From: Eubacteriales bacterium
Lineage (GTDB): Bacteria > Bacillota > Clostridia > Oscillospirales > UMGS1783
Length of the DNA stretch: 64,000 nt
Assembly (NCBI GenBank): GCA_045541395.1
Contig: JAZQIZ010000031.1
Coordinates: 3,519-67,518 of the forward strand
Direction of reading: 5' to 3'
In this document: piece after piece, positions 1 to 9,856 of the stretch
Numbering within the stretch: the stretch's first letter is position 1
Layout: the number at the start of each line of letters is the position of its first letter
The notes under the pieces: generated by a model
Seen by the model: only the letters and a program-made list of their open reading frames with translations
Told to the model about the DNA's origin: nothing
The model's database searches: none
Translations under genes and position numbers: made by a program

Positions 1-4
1 GAGA

Positions 5-643
5 ATGGCTATGGCCACCCTGCCTCTATCCTCAGGGTTCTGGATGAGCGACAATCACAGCCTTTACACACAGCTTCGCATTTATAAGGATACTGTAAAG
101 AGAATGTCTTCCCGCGCAATAAAAAGATATCTGACCGTTCGCTCCCATGAAGGCTTTAAGCCTGTATACGGCACTTTAGAGCCTACGGAAAAGATAATTA
201 TGAGCGGCGACAACTGTTGGGATTATTTAGAGGTTGTAAATAAAGATTACATGCTTTACAGCGTAGTGGGAGCGCCTATTGGTATTTCCTGCGATCTGAA
301 GCAGCTGTCTCAATCAACTCTTGATACCATTAGGGAATTTATTGTTTCCTATAAGGAAGACGAGGAGTTCTGGAAAAACAGCGAGTGCCACCTGCTTACG
401 GACACGGAAAGTATGACGGTACTGCAGTTTAACGACAGAAACTTTAAGAAAATTAAGGTTTATACTTACGTTAACTTCCCTCATCAGCACAATATTACCC
501 TTTACCCTGTTTGCGACAAAGAAAAGACCTACACCGTAAACGGGCAAGAGATCTCAGGCTCAGACCTTTGGGAAGAAGGATATAACGTTCCTATAGGCTG
601 GATAAGAACCGCAACCCAAACGGTATTTGAGGTGAAGCAGTGA
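5..643 (+). CDS. hypothetical protein (212 aa as called; start uncertain)
   Basis: Long ORF. Its stop overlaps the GTG start of the next ORF (GTGA at 640-643). The frame is still open at the window edge, so the true start may lie upstream. No family recognised by eye. Confidence 0.5.
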   Translation: MAMATLPLSSGFWMSDNHSLYTQLRIYKDTVKRMSSRAIKRYLTVRSHEGFKPVYGTLEPTEKIIMSGDNCWDYLEVVNKDYMLYSVVGAPIGISCDLKQLSQSTLDTIREFIVSYKEDEEFWKNSECHLLTDTESMTVLQFNDRNFKKIKVYTYVNFPHQHNITLYPVCDKEKTYTVNGQEISGSDLWEEGYNVPIGWIRTATQTVFEVKQ

Positions 644-972
644 AGAAGTATATCACATATATAATAATAGCGGCTATTTATAACCTGCTTCCTGCGGTTT
701 GCTTTATTCCCGCAATAAGATATGATATTGGCTCATTTATAATATTTTTATTTTTGATTTATCCCATAACGGCCCTGGTGTGCGCTCTTGTTCACGCAAT
801 AAAGCACGGATTTTCCTTTTGGATCATTTTATTTACGGCAATTTCGTTTGTTCCCGCAATGTTTATTTATTTTAATTCCTCTGCATGGGTGTATATGATA
901 CCTTATATTATATTAAGCGCTATAGGCAACGGCATAGGCGCGCTAATACATAAAAGGAACTCTTCGATATGA
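640..972 (+). CDS. small multi-pass membrane protein
   Basis: 110 aa with 3-4 hydrophobic helices (IIIAAIYNLLPAVCFIPAI, FIIFLFLIYPITALVCALV, ILFTAISFVPAMFIYF). 4-nt overlap with the upstream ORF. A hairpin terminator spans its stop codon. Confidence 0.55.
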   Translation: MKKYITYIIIAAIYNLLPAVCFIPAIRYDIGSFIIFLFLIYPITALVCALVHAIKHGFSFWIILFTAISFVPAMFIYFNSSAWVYMIPYIILSAIGNGIGALIHKRNSSI

Positions 973-990
973 AGAGTTCCTTTTATATAT
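952..990 (+). terminator. rho-independent terminator
   Basis: Perfect 14-bp stem, aaaaggaactcttc (952-965) with gaagagttcctttt (971-984), followed by a T/A-rich tail. Confidence 0.6.
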
Positions 991-996
991 TTAACA

Positions 997-1025
997 TTGA
1001 CACAAGGCATATTGTATGGTATAAT
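997..1025 (+). promoter_or_regulatory. sigma-A type promoter (TTGACA-17-TGgTATAAT)
   Basis: TTGACA at 997-1002, 17-nt spacer, extended -10 TGgTATAAT ending at 1025. Lies upstream of the lipoprotein gene at 1090. Confidence 0.5.
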
Positions 1026-1089
1026 AAAAACAATGGTAATAATTAATCTATCATCATTTCTAAATTAAACTGATCGAGGGGGGCTTGTA

Positions 1090-1686
1090 ATGAAAAATAT
1101 TTTTCCCGTACTTGTAATTATTGTACTACTTCTGGCAGGATGTTCCTCGGGATATACACATATTCTTCAAAAGCCGACTTCACCGCCTACCGCAGCAGAG
1201 ATATCCGAGTTTGAGAACGCAAAAGCGAGATTTTACGATGAGAGCACCGGCAAGGTAATTACAAACGCCTCTGATATTTTTGACTTCAAAATTCACAAAT
1301 GGGAAGCAGGCAAGCAAAATGGCGAGGAATCAAATACTGTAACTTTAGACATCGGCATTTGGAACAAAAGCGATAAGTTTCTAAAAAACATAGATTTTTC
1401 TTTCAAATGGGATGAAGAAGGTGTTAGAATTATAGGCAACGGAATAACACATGTTAACATTTTCGAGCCTGTAGACCTATATTGCGACAGGCTACCGGCC
1501 GCAAGTAGTTATGCAGTTCAATACAACCTTACACCCACCTATGAGCCGGCAAACAAAGGTCTTGATTCAGAATATTATTTAGACAGATTATCCGATTTAA
1601 CCGTGCTTATTACTGTCGGCAATACCGATTACGAAGTAAATATCGATCTCGGCCCCATAAAATATTTAAATGAAATCACATATTGA
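1090..1686 (+). CDS. lipoprotein, unknown function
   Basis: Signal peptide with lipobox LLAGC (MKNIFPVLVIIVLLLAGCSS). GAGGGGGG ribosome-binding site upstream. Confidence 0.65.
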   Translation: MKNIFPVLVIIVLLLAGCSSGYTHILQKPTSPPTAAEISEFENAKARFYDESTGKVITNASDIFDFKIHKWEAGKQNGEESNTVTLDIGIWNKSDKFLKNIDFSFKWDEEGVRIIGNGITHVNIFEPVDLYCDRLPAASSYAVQYNLTPTYEPANKGLDSEYYLDRLSDLTVLITVGNTDYEVNIDLGPIKYLNEITY

Positions 1687-1704
1687 TTTTATTAAAAAAC
1701 AAAA

Positions 1705-1733
1705 TTGACAAAGAAAAATTAAAGTGATATAAT
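1705..1733 (+). promoter_or_regulatory. sigma-A type promoter of the thrS leader
   Basis: TTGACA at 1705-1710, 17-nt spacer, TGaTATAAT with the -10 at 1728-1733. Confidence 0.55.
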
Positions 1734-1740
1734 TCATTTG

Positions 1741-1976
1741 TTAAAGGCTTTGAGAAAGAAGAGATATTTAAAAGGCACTCAGAGAGGGGCGCATTTGGTG
1801 TGAGCGCTCTGTGTACTCAGGTATCGGTACCACTTTTGAGCAGCTTGGGAAACCAAGACGGGATGCGCCCGTTAAAGCGCACATACAAGCGGCGTTTTTT
1901 TAACGCAAGCAGGGTGGAACCGTGGAATACAAGCAAGTATCCCACCCCTGAAAAAATTCAGGGGTGGGATTTTTAT
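1741..1976 (+). promoter_or_regulatory. T-box leader (Thr specifier) with terminator/antiterminator
   Basis: Stem I elements AGAGAG (1781-1786) and GGTGTGA (1797-1803). T-box core AGGGTGGAACCGTGG at 1911-1925. Terminator stem 1939-1950/1959-1970 followed by TTTT. The GGGTGG of the T-box can pair instead with CCCACCC (1941-1947). Candidate specifier ACC-A at 1829-1831 or 1852-1854; both are Thr codons. Located directly upstream of thrS. Confidence 0.8.
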
Positions 1977-2010
1977 ATTCTCTCCCCAAATAAAAAAGGA
2001 GGAACTTTTT

Positions 2011-3807
2011 ATGTCCGAAGAAAATCTTTACACATTCGAAAACCCCGAATACCGCAAAACTTACTGGCACACCTGCTCCCACATAATGGCGCAGGCCGTT
2101 AAGCGCTTATGGCCTGATGTTAAGCTTGCCATAGGCCCTGCTATTGAGGAAGGCTGGTACTATGATTTTGATGCCCCCTTCTCCTTCGGTGCGGAACAGC
2201 TGACACAGATAGAAGCAGAAATGAAGAAGATATGCAAAGAGCGTATCCGCCTTGAAAGAACCGAGAAAGAAAGAAGCGAAGCTATTGCCTATATGGAAGG
2301 CAAGGAAGAGCCTTACAAGGTAGAGCTTATTAACGACCTGCCCGAAGATGCTGTTATAAGCTTTTATACACAGGGCGAATTTACCGACCTTTGCGCAGGC
2401 CCTCATTTAGACCACACCGGCAGAGTTAAGCATAACGGTTTTAAGCTTACGTCTGCCACCGGCGCATACTGGCGCGGCGATTCCAATAAGAAGATGCTTC
2501 AGCGTATTTACGGCATTGGATTCCCATCCAAGGAAGAACTTGAAGAATACATTCAGCGCCAGGAAGAGGCATTAAAGCGTGACCACAACAAGCTTGGCAG
2601 AGAGCTGGATTACTTTACTACAGTAGATTCTATTGGCCAAGGCTTACCTATTATGCTGCCCAACGGCTCCCGTGCGATTCAGCTTTTACAGCGCTGGATA
2701 GAAGATGAAGAGCAGAAGCGCGGCTATATTCTTACCAAGACCCCCTTAATGGCTAAGCGCGATCTTTACAGGATCTCCGGCCATTGGGATCATTACCTTG
2801 ACGGAATGTTTATTTTAGGCGATCCTTACGATGAAGAGAAGGAATGCTTTGCTCTGCGACCTATGACCTGCCCCTTCCAGTACCAGGTTTATTTAAGCAA
2901 GGCCCGTTCCTACAGAGATCTGCCTTTACGATACGGCGAAACTTCTACCCTTTTCCGCAATGAGGATTCGGGCGAAATGCACGGCCTTATAAGAGTGCGT
3001 CAGTTTACAATTTCCGAAGGGCACCTTGTTTTACGCCCCGATCAGCTTGAAGAAGAATTCAGAGGCTGTTTGGATCTTGCCAACTATTGCCTTGAGACAT
3101 TAGGTCTTAAGGAAGACTGCTCATTCCGTTTCAGCCAGTGGGATCCCGAAAAGGCAGGCGTTAAATATGAGGGTACTGCCGAGCAGTGGGAGCTTGCCCA
3201 GAGCACAATGAAGGAAATCTTAGATAATATAGGCATCAAGTATACTGTTGGTATTGACGAAGCTGCTTTCTACGGTCCCAAGCTTGATATTCAGATAAAG
3301 AACGTTTTCGGCAAGGAAGACACTCTTATTACTATTCAAATAGATATGCTTCTTGCCCAGAAGTTCGGCATGGAATACACCGACTCCGACGGACAGAAGA
3401 AGACACCTTATATTATTCACAGAACCTCTATGGGCTGCTACGAAAGAACCCTTGCGCTGCTTATAGAAAAGTATGCCGGCGCGCTCCCCTTATGGCTTAT
3501 GGGAACACAGGTAAAGGTTATGCCTATTACCGACCGCGCTCATGAATACACCAAGAACCTTGTCCAGCAGCTTAAGGATGCGGGAATCCGCGCCGAAGGC
3601 GATTACCGTTCTGAGAAGCTTGGTTACAAGATAAGAGAAGCTCAGCTTCATAAGATACCCTATATGCTGGTTGTTGGCGACAGGGATATTGAAAACGGCA
3701 CAGTTTCTGTTCGTACCCGTAAGGGGGATGACCTTGGCGCTATGACTCCCGCAGAGTTCTTAGCAAAGGTTGTAATGGAAAACGCAACAAAATCCAAAGA
3801 AGTATAA
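2011..3807 (+). CDS. thrS: threonyl-tRNA synthetase (no N-terminal TGS domain)
   Basis: 598 aa. Starts at the editing-domain motif WHTCSHIMAQAV. Class II core motifs are present (FRNEDSGEMHGLIRVRQFT, HRTSMGCYERT) and so is a C-terminal anticodon-binding domain. GGAGG ribosome-binding site and a Thr T-box upstream. Confidence 0.95.
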   Translation: MSEENLYTFENPEYRKTYWHTCSHIMAQAVKRLWPDVKLAIGPAIEEGWYYDFDAPFSFGAEQLTQIEAEMKKICKERIRLERTEKERSEAIAYMEGKEEPYKVELINDLPEDAVISFYTQGEFTDLCAGPHLDHTGRVKHNGFKLTSATGAYWRGDSNKKMLQRIYGIGFPSKEELEEYIQRQEEALKRDHNKLGRELDYFTTVDSIGQGLPIMLPNGSRAIQLLQRWIEDEEQKRGYILTKTPLMAKRDLYRISGHWDHYLDGMFILGDPYDEEKECFALRPMTCPFQYQVYLSKARSYRDLPLRYGETSTLFRNEDSGEMHGLIRVRQFTISEGHLVLRPDQLEEEFRGCLDLANYCLETLGLKEDCSFRFSQWDPEKAGVKYEGTAEQWELAQSTMKEILDNIGIKYTVGIDEAAFYGPKLDIQIKNVFGKEDTLITIQIDMLLAQKFGMEYTDSDGQKKTPYIIHRTSMGCYERTLALLIEKYAGALPLWLMGTQVKVMPITDRAHEYTKNLVQQLKDAGIRAEGDYRSEKLGYKIREAQLHKIPYMLVVGDRDIENGTVSVRTRKGDDLGAMTPAEFLAKVVMENATKSKEV

Positions 3808-3812
3808 TTACA

Positions 3813-3845
3813 AAGCGGCAGATAAACTCTGCCGCTTCTTTATTT
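3813..3845. terminator. terminator between convergent genes
   Basis: Stem aagcggcag (3813-3821) with ctgccgctt (3829-3837), followed by a T-rich tail. Sits between thrS (+) and the amidohydrolase gene (-). Confidence 0.6.
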
Positions 3846-3849
3846 AGCT

Positions 3850-5442
3850 TTATGCCTTATAAATGGTTTTGCCGCTCTTTATGGTTTCCAGAACCTTTAT
3901 ATCCTTGATTTCCATCGGGTCAATATCAACAGGGTTTTTATCTAAAATAACAAGGTCTTCAACAGCGCCTTCTTTAAGAATACCCTTGGAATCCTCCTCA
4001 AAGTAGGTATAGGCGCCGCCGCGGGTTGCAGCAATAAGGGCATCATATACATCTATACGGTTTTCTTCACCGATAATTATCCCGTTTCTTGTTATTCTGT
4101 TTACAGCACACCAAATGGAATGGAGCATATCGGGCTCGGTAATGGGGCTGTCCTGATGGAAGGAGAACACCATATCCCTTTTCAGGGCCTCTTTAAGGGG
4201 GCTTATACGGTAGCCGCGGCTTCCGAAGTTTTTAATATGGGTATCGCCCCAAAAGAAGCAATGGCCGATAAAGAATGAGGGCATCATACAAACCTTGACC
4301 ATACGGTCAAGCTGAGGGTAGGTAACGGTTTGGGCGTGGATCATAACCGGGCGCATTTCCTTTGCGTCGGGATGCTTTTTGCAAAGCTTTTCCCAGGTTT
4401 TAAGATACTGCTCGCATGCGGCAGAGCCGTTGCAGTGAGCAAGGGGCTGCATTTTGTATTTATAGGCATTAAAAACTCTGTTTTCAACCTGCTCATCGGT
4501 TAAGGTAGGATAGCCACGGTATTCGGCCTCACCTTCATAGGGCTCCAGCATCCAGGCGGTGCGGGCCTGAGGAGAGCCGTCTAAAAACATTTTAACACCG
4601 CCTATTTTTAAGCGGTTTTCATAAGGCTTACCTATACGTTCCTTTTTGCTTTCCCAAAGGGGCTGAAATTCCTCGCCTGCTCCAAGATAAATTACAGTAT
4701 CCAGCAGAAGCTTGTTCTCCTTAGAGAGCTTTTCAAAAACTTCATATCTTTGGGCGGTACTGGCGCTTCCCTCCTGTACGGTACAAAAGCCGTGCTTTGC
4801 ATAATGATCCTGAGAAGCCAAAATTGCTTTTTCCATTTGCTCGGAGGTAAAGTCCTTATTGAAAATTGCGTTAAAGGGCTCTTTTGCATTTTCTTCAAAA
4901 TAACCTGTAAGCTTGCCGTTTTCGTCTCTTTGGGCAACGCCGCCATCGGGGCAAACGTAATCCTCCTTTAAAACTCCCGCTATTTCCATAGCCTTGGTAT
5001 TATAGCCTGCCACGTGGCCTGACTGGTGGGTGCAGCAAATGGGGTTATCAAAGCCTAGGGAGTCTAAAAGCTTAGCGTTAGGGTGTTTTCCCTCTTTCAT
5101 AATTGCAAGGTCGTAGCCGTTGCAGAAAATAGGCTCGCCGTTAAAAAGCTCTCTTTCTTCTCTGAAGGCCTTTATTCTGTTAAGCATATCCTCAAAGCCT
5201 GTGCACCCGAAAAGAGAGCAGGTCTTAACTATATCTCTGCCAACAATAAGCATATGGCTGTGCCCGTCCACAAAGGCCGGCATTAAGGTTTTACCCTTAA
5301 GGTCAACTTCCCTGCAGCCGCATTTAAGGTTACTATAAGAACCCAGAGCAACTATTTTGCCGTTTTCACAAAGAAGCGCCTCTGTGCTTCTTTTGTTTTT
5401 ATCCATTGTAAGAATATTGCCGCCGTAATACAAGGTCTTCAT
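3850..5442 (-). CDS. amidohydrolase family protein (YtcJ-like, metal-dependent)
   Basis: 530 aa. N-terminal metal-ligand motif FVDGHSHM. Overall pattern fits the amidohydrolase_3 family. Last gene of the lipase-glpK operon. Confidence 0.75.
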   Translation of the reverse strand: MKTLYYGGNILTMDKNKRSTEALLCENGKIVALGSYSNLKCGCREVDLKGKTLMPAFVDGHSHMLIVGRDIVKTCSLFGCTGFEDMLNRIKAFREERELFNGEPIFCNGYDLAIMKEGKHPNAKLLDSLGFDNPICCTHQSGHVAGYNTKAMEIAGVLKEDYVCPDGGVAQRDENGKLTGYFEENAKEPFNAIFNKDFTSEQMEKAILASQDHYAKHGFCTVQEGSASTAQRYEVFEKLSKENKLLLDTVIYLGAGEEFQPLWESKKERIGKPYENRLKIGGVKMFLDGSPQARTAWMLEPYEGEAEYRGYPTLTDEQVENRVFNAYKYKMQPLAHCNGSAACEQYLKTWEKLCKKHPDAKEMRPVMIHAQTVTYPQLDRMVKVCMMPSFFIGHCFFWGDTHIKNFGSRGYRISPLKEALKRDMVFSFHQDSPITEPDMLHSIWCAVNRITRNGIIIGEENRIDVYDALIAATRGGAYTYFEEDSKGILKEGAVEDLVILDKNPVDIDPMEIKDIKVLETIKSGKTIYKA

Positions 5443-5454
5443 TTTAATTCTCCT

Positions 5455-6927
5455 TTATTTTGTAAGGGTACGTAAAACAGCATCTGCCCAGCCTAAAAGC
5501 AGCTCTTCGCGCAGAACAGATTCCATTTTGGGAGTAAAGCTAACGCCCTTAGGCTCTTTTAAAATTTGCTCCTCACTGTAAAAGCCAATTGCTCTGCCCG
5601 CAAGAAGAGCCGCGCCAAGGGCGGTGGACTCCGCAAATTCGGGGCGGAAAATGTTTATATTGGAAATGCCGCTTTGGAACTCCATTAAGAAGTTATTGCG
5701 GGAGGCGCCGCCATCTACCTTCAAGGCAGACATTTTAAGACCGGTTGAATCCTCTATTGCTTTTATAAGGTCGTTGGTCTGATAAGCCATAGATTCAACT
5801 GCGGCGCGCACAATATGCTCCTTCTGGGTACCGCGGCTCAAACCGAAGATACCGCCTTTGGCATACATATCCCAATAAGGGGCGCCAAGGCCCGTAAAGG
5901 CGGGAACGAAGTATACTCCGCCGCTGTTTTCCACCTTTAAGGCCAGCTCTTCGCTTTGGGCTGAATTTTCCAAAAAGCCCATTTGATCTCTGAGCCATTG
6001 GATAACAGCGCCGCCGATAAATACGCTTCCCTCTACGCAATAGCTTATGTTATCCTTAAGGCCTATACCTATGGTTGTAAGAAGTCCGGTGTTTTCCTTT
6101 AATGTCTCCCTGCCGGTGTTCATCAGCAAGAAGCAGCCGGTACCGTAAGTATTTTTAGCCTGACCTTTTTTAAAGCAGCGCTGACCGAAAAGGGCGGCCT
6201 GCTGATCGCCTGCAATACCGCAAATGGGTATTTCTGTGCCCTGAATATTATAAGTACCGTAAATTTCGCTTGATGAAACAACCTTAGGAAGGATGCTTTC
6301 GGGGATATCCAGAAGCTTAAGAATATCCTTATCCCAGGTAAGGGTATGAATATTAAAAAGCATTGTACGGGAGGCGTTGGTGTAGTCGGTTATATGTACC
6401 TTGCCGCCTGTCATTTTATAAACAAGCCAGGAATCTACCGTTCCGAAAAGAATATCCCCCTTAAGAGCTTTTTCTTTTACGCCCTCTACGTTATCCAGTA
6501 TCCATTTTATTTTAGTAGCGCTGAAATACGCGTCAATAACAAGGCCTGTTTTTTCGCGGATAAGCTCACCCAGTCCCCTTTCTTTAAGGTCATCACAAAT
6601 AGGGCCGGTACGGCGGCACTGCCATACTATTGCGTTATATACCGGCTCGCCGGTATTTTTATCCCAAAGGATGGTGGTTTCCCTTTGGTTGGTAATGCCG
6701 ATGCCCGCAATTTCCTCAGGGGTTATGCCGCTTTTCAAAATTGCCTCCTGCAAAACTACCATCTGGGAGGTGAATATCTCCATTGGATCATGTTCAACAA
6801 AGCCCGCCTGAGGGTATATTTGCGGATACTCCTGCTGAGCAACAAAAACAGGATGTTGCTCTTTATTAAATACTATTGCGCGGGAGCTTGTGGTGCCCTG
6901 ATCAAGGGCTATTATATATTTTTTCAT
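5455..6927 (-). CDS. glpK: glycerol kinase
   Basis: [17 protein letters not shown]-terminus and FGGY-kinase signatures throughout. I moved the start to the ATG at 6927, which shares 1 nt with the TAA of the upstream hydrolase (TAATG). Confidence 0.95.
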   Translation of the reverse strand: MKKYIIALDQGTTSSRAIVFNKEQHPVFVAQQEYPQIYPQAGFVEHDPMEIFTSQMVVLQEAILKSGITPEEIAGIGITNQRETTILWDKNTGEPVYNAIVWQCRRTGPICDDLKERGLGELIREKTGLVIDAYFSATKIKWILDNVEGVKEKALKGDILFGTVDSWLVYKMTGGKVHITDYTNASRTMLFNIHTLTWDKDILKLLDIPESILPKVVSSSEIYGTYNIQGTEIPICGIAGDQQAALFGQRCFKKGQAKNTYGTGCFLLMNTGRETLKENTGLLTTIGIGLKDNISYCVEGSVFIGGAVIQWLRDQMGFLENSAQSEELALKVENSGGVYFVPAFTGLGAPYWDMYAKGGIFGLSRGTQKEHIVRAAVESMAYQTNDLIKAIEDSTGLKMSALKVDGGASRNNFLMEFQSGISNINIFRPEFAESTALGAALLAGRAIGFYSEEQILKEPKGVSFTPKMESVLREELLLGWADAVLRTLTK

Positions 6928-7844
6928 TATCTTACCCTCAGCCAATTATTTAAGGTTTCCAGAATATCCTCATAAACCTGCTCTTTTATATCCTCATTCA
7001 GGATCTCGTGGCGTTTGCCTTCAAAAAGGCGGCATACCGTATTTGGATAAATAAGAGACAGGCGGTTTACTGCGCGGTGAAACTGTTTTCTGTTTACAAG
7101 GCAAGGATCCTCACTGCCGGAAATGAACTTTACAGGCAGAAGCTTGTTTTTGCAGACCCAGCCTTTTTTTGCATAGGCACCTTCCATTAATTCAAAGAGG
7201 GCCTTATAGCCTTTTACGGTAAATTTGAAGCCGCAGAGCCTATCCTCCTCATAATCCTTCTGCACCTGCTTCTGACTGCAAAGCCAGCCAAGGCTTCCAT
7301 CATTTGCAAAGCTTTTTTCGTAAGCTCCAATGGAAAGGGAATATAAAAGAGGCGAACGGTAATTATCACCCTTGAATTTTGAAATAAGGGAACAAAGGGC
7401 CTTTGCAACGGGAGCAGCGCTGTTATAAGAGGGGCTGCCTGAAATTATAAGGCCGTTTACGGTATCATCGTAAAGCCTTGTATAGGCTCTTACTGCCAAA
7501 GAGCCCATTGAGTGCCCAAAAAGGAATATGGGCTTACCGGGGTAGCTTTCTCTTGCAAGGGCGTTTATTTGCTTCATATCCGAAAGAAGACCCTCGGAAT
7601 CAAAATAGCCGAGCTCCTCGGAAGATCTTACGCTTTTGCCGTGGCCTCTATGGTCGTTACAAATGCAGGTAAAGCCCCTTTTTGCAAGGTATTCCATAAA
7701 GGAGAAATAGCGTTTACGGTGTTCTGCCATACCATGGTTTATAAGCACTACGCCAACACACTCTTCGGCCTCCACCACCGTAAGCCTTAAAGAAAGGCCG
7801 TCATACCCGGAAACAATACTGAAATCCTTAAGGTTCATTTTCAA
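6927..7844 (-). CDS. alpha/beta hydrolase (lysophospholipase / monoacylglycerol-lipase like)
   Basis: 305 aa. Contains [10 protein letters not shown]...DHRGHGKS and the nucleophile elbow GHSMG. Translationally coupled to glpK. Confidence 0.8.
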   Translation of the reverse strand: MKMNLKDFSIVSGYDGLSLRLTVVEAEECVGVVLINHGMAEHRKRYFSFMEYLAKRGFTCICNDHRGHGKSVRSSEELGYFDSEGLLSDMKQINALARESYPGKPIFLFGHSMGSLAVRAYTRLYDDTVNGLIISGSPSYNSAAPVAKALCSLISKFKGDNYRSPLLYSLSIGAYEKSFANDGSLGWLCSQKQVQKDYEEDRLCGFKFTVKGYKALFELMEGAYAKKGWVCKNKLLPVKFISGSEDPCLVNRKQFHRAVNRLSLIYPNTVCRLFEGKRHEILNEDIKEQVYEDILETLNNWLRVR

Positions 7845-7897
7845 TTCCTCCTTTTTTCTTCATTATAACTAAAAAAAAGGCTCTTTGCAATAAGAAT

Positions 7898-7934
7898 AAA
7901 ACAAAAACGGGGAAGACCAAAGTCTTCCCCGTTT
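7898..7934 (-). terminator. rho-independent terminator of the SDR gene
   Basis: 13-bp stem aaacggggaagac (7905-7917) with gtcttccccgttt (7922-7934). A T-run follows on the minus strand. Confidence 0.6.
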
Positions 7935-7952
7935 AAACAAAATTCAAATTAA

Positions 7953-8774
7953 TCAGAATTCGATTTCGTCGATAGGAGTCTTAAGATTTTCCCAGCCGGG
8001 AGCAGTACCCATAGGAATGGTTACGCCGCCTTCAGCGAACATAGTCTGACCCTGAATGAAGGATGCAGATTCAGAGCAAAGGAATACAACGCATTCGCCG
8101 ATTTCCTGGGGCTTCTGCCATCTGTGAAGGGGCATGCACTTAGCAGCTTCAGCGTAAGCAGCCTTAACTTCAGCAAGCTTTTCGGGAGTATCATACTTAG
8201 GAGCAGAGGACATATCAACATAACCGGGAGCAAAGCCGTTAACGTTGATGCCATAGGGAGAGAGCTCAAGAGCGATAGATCTGGTCATACGAACAACTGC
8301 AGCTCTGGTAGTAGCATATACGGTGTGACCCCAGAAGGTACCGATAGCATGAACGGAAGCGATATTAACGATAGCGCCCTGGATACCGGCCTTGATCATG
8401 ATCTTAGCAGCAGCCTGAGTCATAAAATAAGTACCGCGGATGTTGATTTCGGAAAGATAGTTGAAATCTTCCTGGGTAACCTTTAAGAAATCGATAGTAG
8501 TGGTAATGCCGGTATTGTTAACCATAGCATCCATAGGACCGAATTCTTCAGCAAACTTATTAAGAGTTGCAACGGATTCATCAACGTTGCGGGTGTTCAT
8601 ATAATAGTAAGCACCCTTCTGGCCTAAAGCTTCGATCTGCTTAAGAGTATCCTTAGCGCCTTCTTCGTTGGAAGTGTAGGTGAAGCCAACATCATAACCA
8701 GCCTTTGCGAATGCAAGAGCAATAGCCTTACCTGTAACGTTGGAAGCACCGGTAACAAATGCAATTTTGGACAT
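7953..8774 (-). CDS. SDR-family oxidoreductase
   Basis: TGASxxxG Rossmann motif (FVTGASNVTGKA), NNTG, and the catalytic Y-x3-R/K region (YATTRAAV). Confidence 0.85.
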   Translation of the reverse strand: MSKIAFVTGASNVTGKAIALAFAKAGYDVGFTYTSNEEGAKDTLKQIEALGQKGAYYYMNTRNVDESVATLNKFAEEFGPMDAMVNNTGITTTIDFLKVTQEDFNYLSEINIRGTYFMTQAAAKIMIKAGIQGAIVNIASVHAIGTFWGHTVYATTRAAVVRMTRSIALELSPYGINVNGFAPGYVDMSSAPKYDTPEKLAEVKAAYAEAAKCMPLHRWQKPQEIGECVVFLCSESASFIQGQTMFAEGGVTIPMGTAPGWENLKTPIDEIEF

Positions 8775-8932
8775 AGCGGTAATCTCCTTTTAAAATTAAT
8801 ATTTCTTTAATTATCTTTATAGTGCAAAGCACATACTTTACCAAATATATTGTACTGTAAATCTCTCCGTTTGGCAATATATTTTTGCAAATTAGTCGGC
8901 GGTTTTTTTAAATATACGAATTTAGTGTAAAT

Positions 8933-9856
8933 TTACAATAATATTTTACCTAAAGCGCCTACGGAATCGGCTATATAGGTAGCTCCTGCCGTTTGCAATT
9001 CCTCTTTTGAGCCGTATCCGTAAAGGACGCCTACACTGTCCAGATCGCATTTTTGAGCGCCGAGGATATCGTGTTCCCGATCTCCAACCATAATGGCGTT
9101 ATCTCTTGGGCAGCCGGTTTCTTTGAACACGTAATCTATTACATCGGCCTTATCAAGTCGGGTCTCGTTCATAAGGGCGCCGCCGATAAAGCTGAAATAC
9201 TTCGAAAGTCCAAAGTGCTCTAAAATTTCCTTTGCAAAGATCTCCGGCTTGGAGGTGGCAACAAAAAGAGTCTTCCCCGCCTTTTTAAGGGCCTTAAGAA
9301 GAGGCTCCATTCCTTCATAAACCGAATTTTCATAAAGGCCCTTTGGCGCAAAATATTCTCTGTAAACAGTTACGGCCTCCATAGCCCTCTCCTCGGAAAA
9401 ACCGTAGTATTTCATAAAAGATTCCTTAAGGGGAGGCCCAATAAACCTATAAAGGTTTTCTCTTTTATCTTCAATGCCGTAACGGTTCAAGGCGTACATA
9501 ACCGAATTGGTTATGCCGAGCCCCGGATCGGTTAAAGTGCCGTCTAAATCAAAAAGTATTACATTGTAGTTTTTCATCGGGGGGATCCTCCTGTAGGTTT
9601 CCGACAAGAAGCTTTTTCCCATTATTATTTCAAGCTTGGTTTGTCTGGACTGCTTTTTTATAAGGGCCTCGGCCCTTAAGGCCTGTGATTTGGTTTCGCA
9701 TTCCCAAAGGGCGCTAACTGCCTTTGGGGGATGGGAGGCGGTATATTTAGCCACGCCCCTTCCCTTTGAAAAATGCTGTTTCATTCTTGATTTATAGGAG
9801 CAGGTAATGCCCGTATACAACGAATTATCACATTCAAGAATATACACGTAATACAT
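8933..9856 (-). CDS. GIY-YIG nuclease domain (YhbQ-like) fused in frame to an HAD phosphatase (Gph/PGP-like)
   Basis: N-terminal YYVYILECDNSLYTGIT...RMKQH...E (GIY-YIG). From residue about 94 a complete HAD-IA protein follows: MKNYNVILFDLDGTLTD, TSKP, MVGDREHDI. The ATG at 9856 overlaps the xth stop (TAATG). An internal AGGAGG plus ATG at 9577 is retained in front of the HAD part. Confidence 0.75.
   Translation of the reverse strand: MYYVYILECDNSLYTGITCSYKSRMKQHFSKGRGVAKYTASHPPKAVSALWECETKSQALRAEALIKKQSRQTKLEIIMGKSFLSETYRRIPPMKNYNVILFDLDGTLTDPGLGITNSVMYALNRYGIEDKRENLYRFIGPPLKESFMKYYGFSEERAMEAVTVYREYFAPKGLYENSVYEGMEPLLKALKKAGKTLFVATSKPEIFAKEILEHFGLSKYFSFIGGALMNETRLDKADVIDYVFKETGCPRDNAIMVGDREHDILGAQKCDLDSVGVLYGYGSKEELQTAGATYIADSVGALGKILL

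Noticed and set aside
1800-2102. 100-aa plus-strand ORF (and the 60-aa antisense ORF at 1900-2082) upstream of and overlapping thrS
   Set aside because: It lies entirely within the T-box leader, terminator and ribosome-binding-site region. It has a GTG start without a Shine-Dalgarno and its composition is dictated by RNA structure. The region is explained by the riboswitch-like leader.
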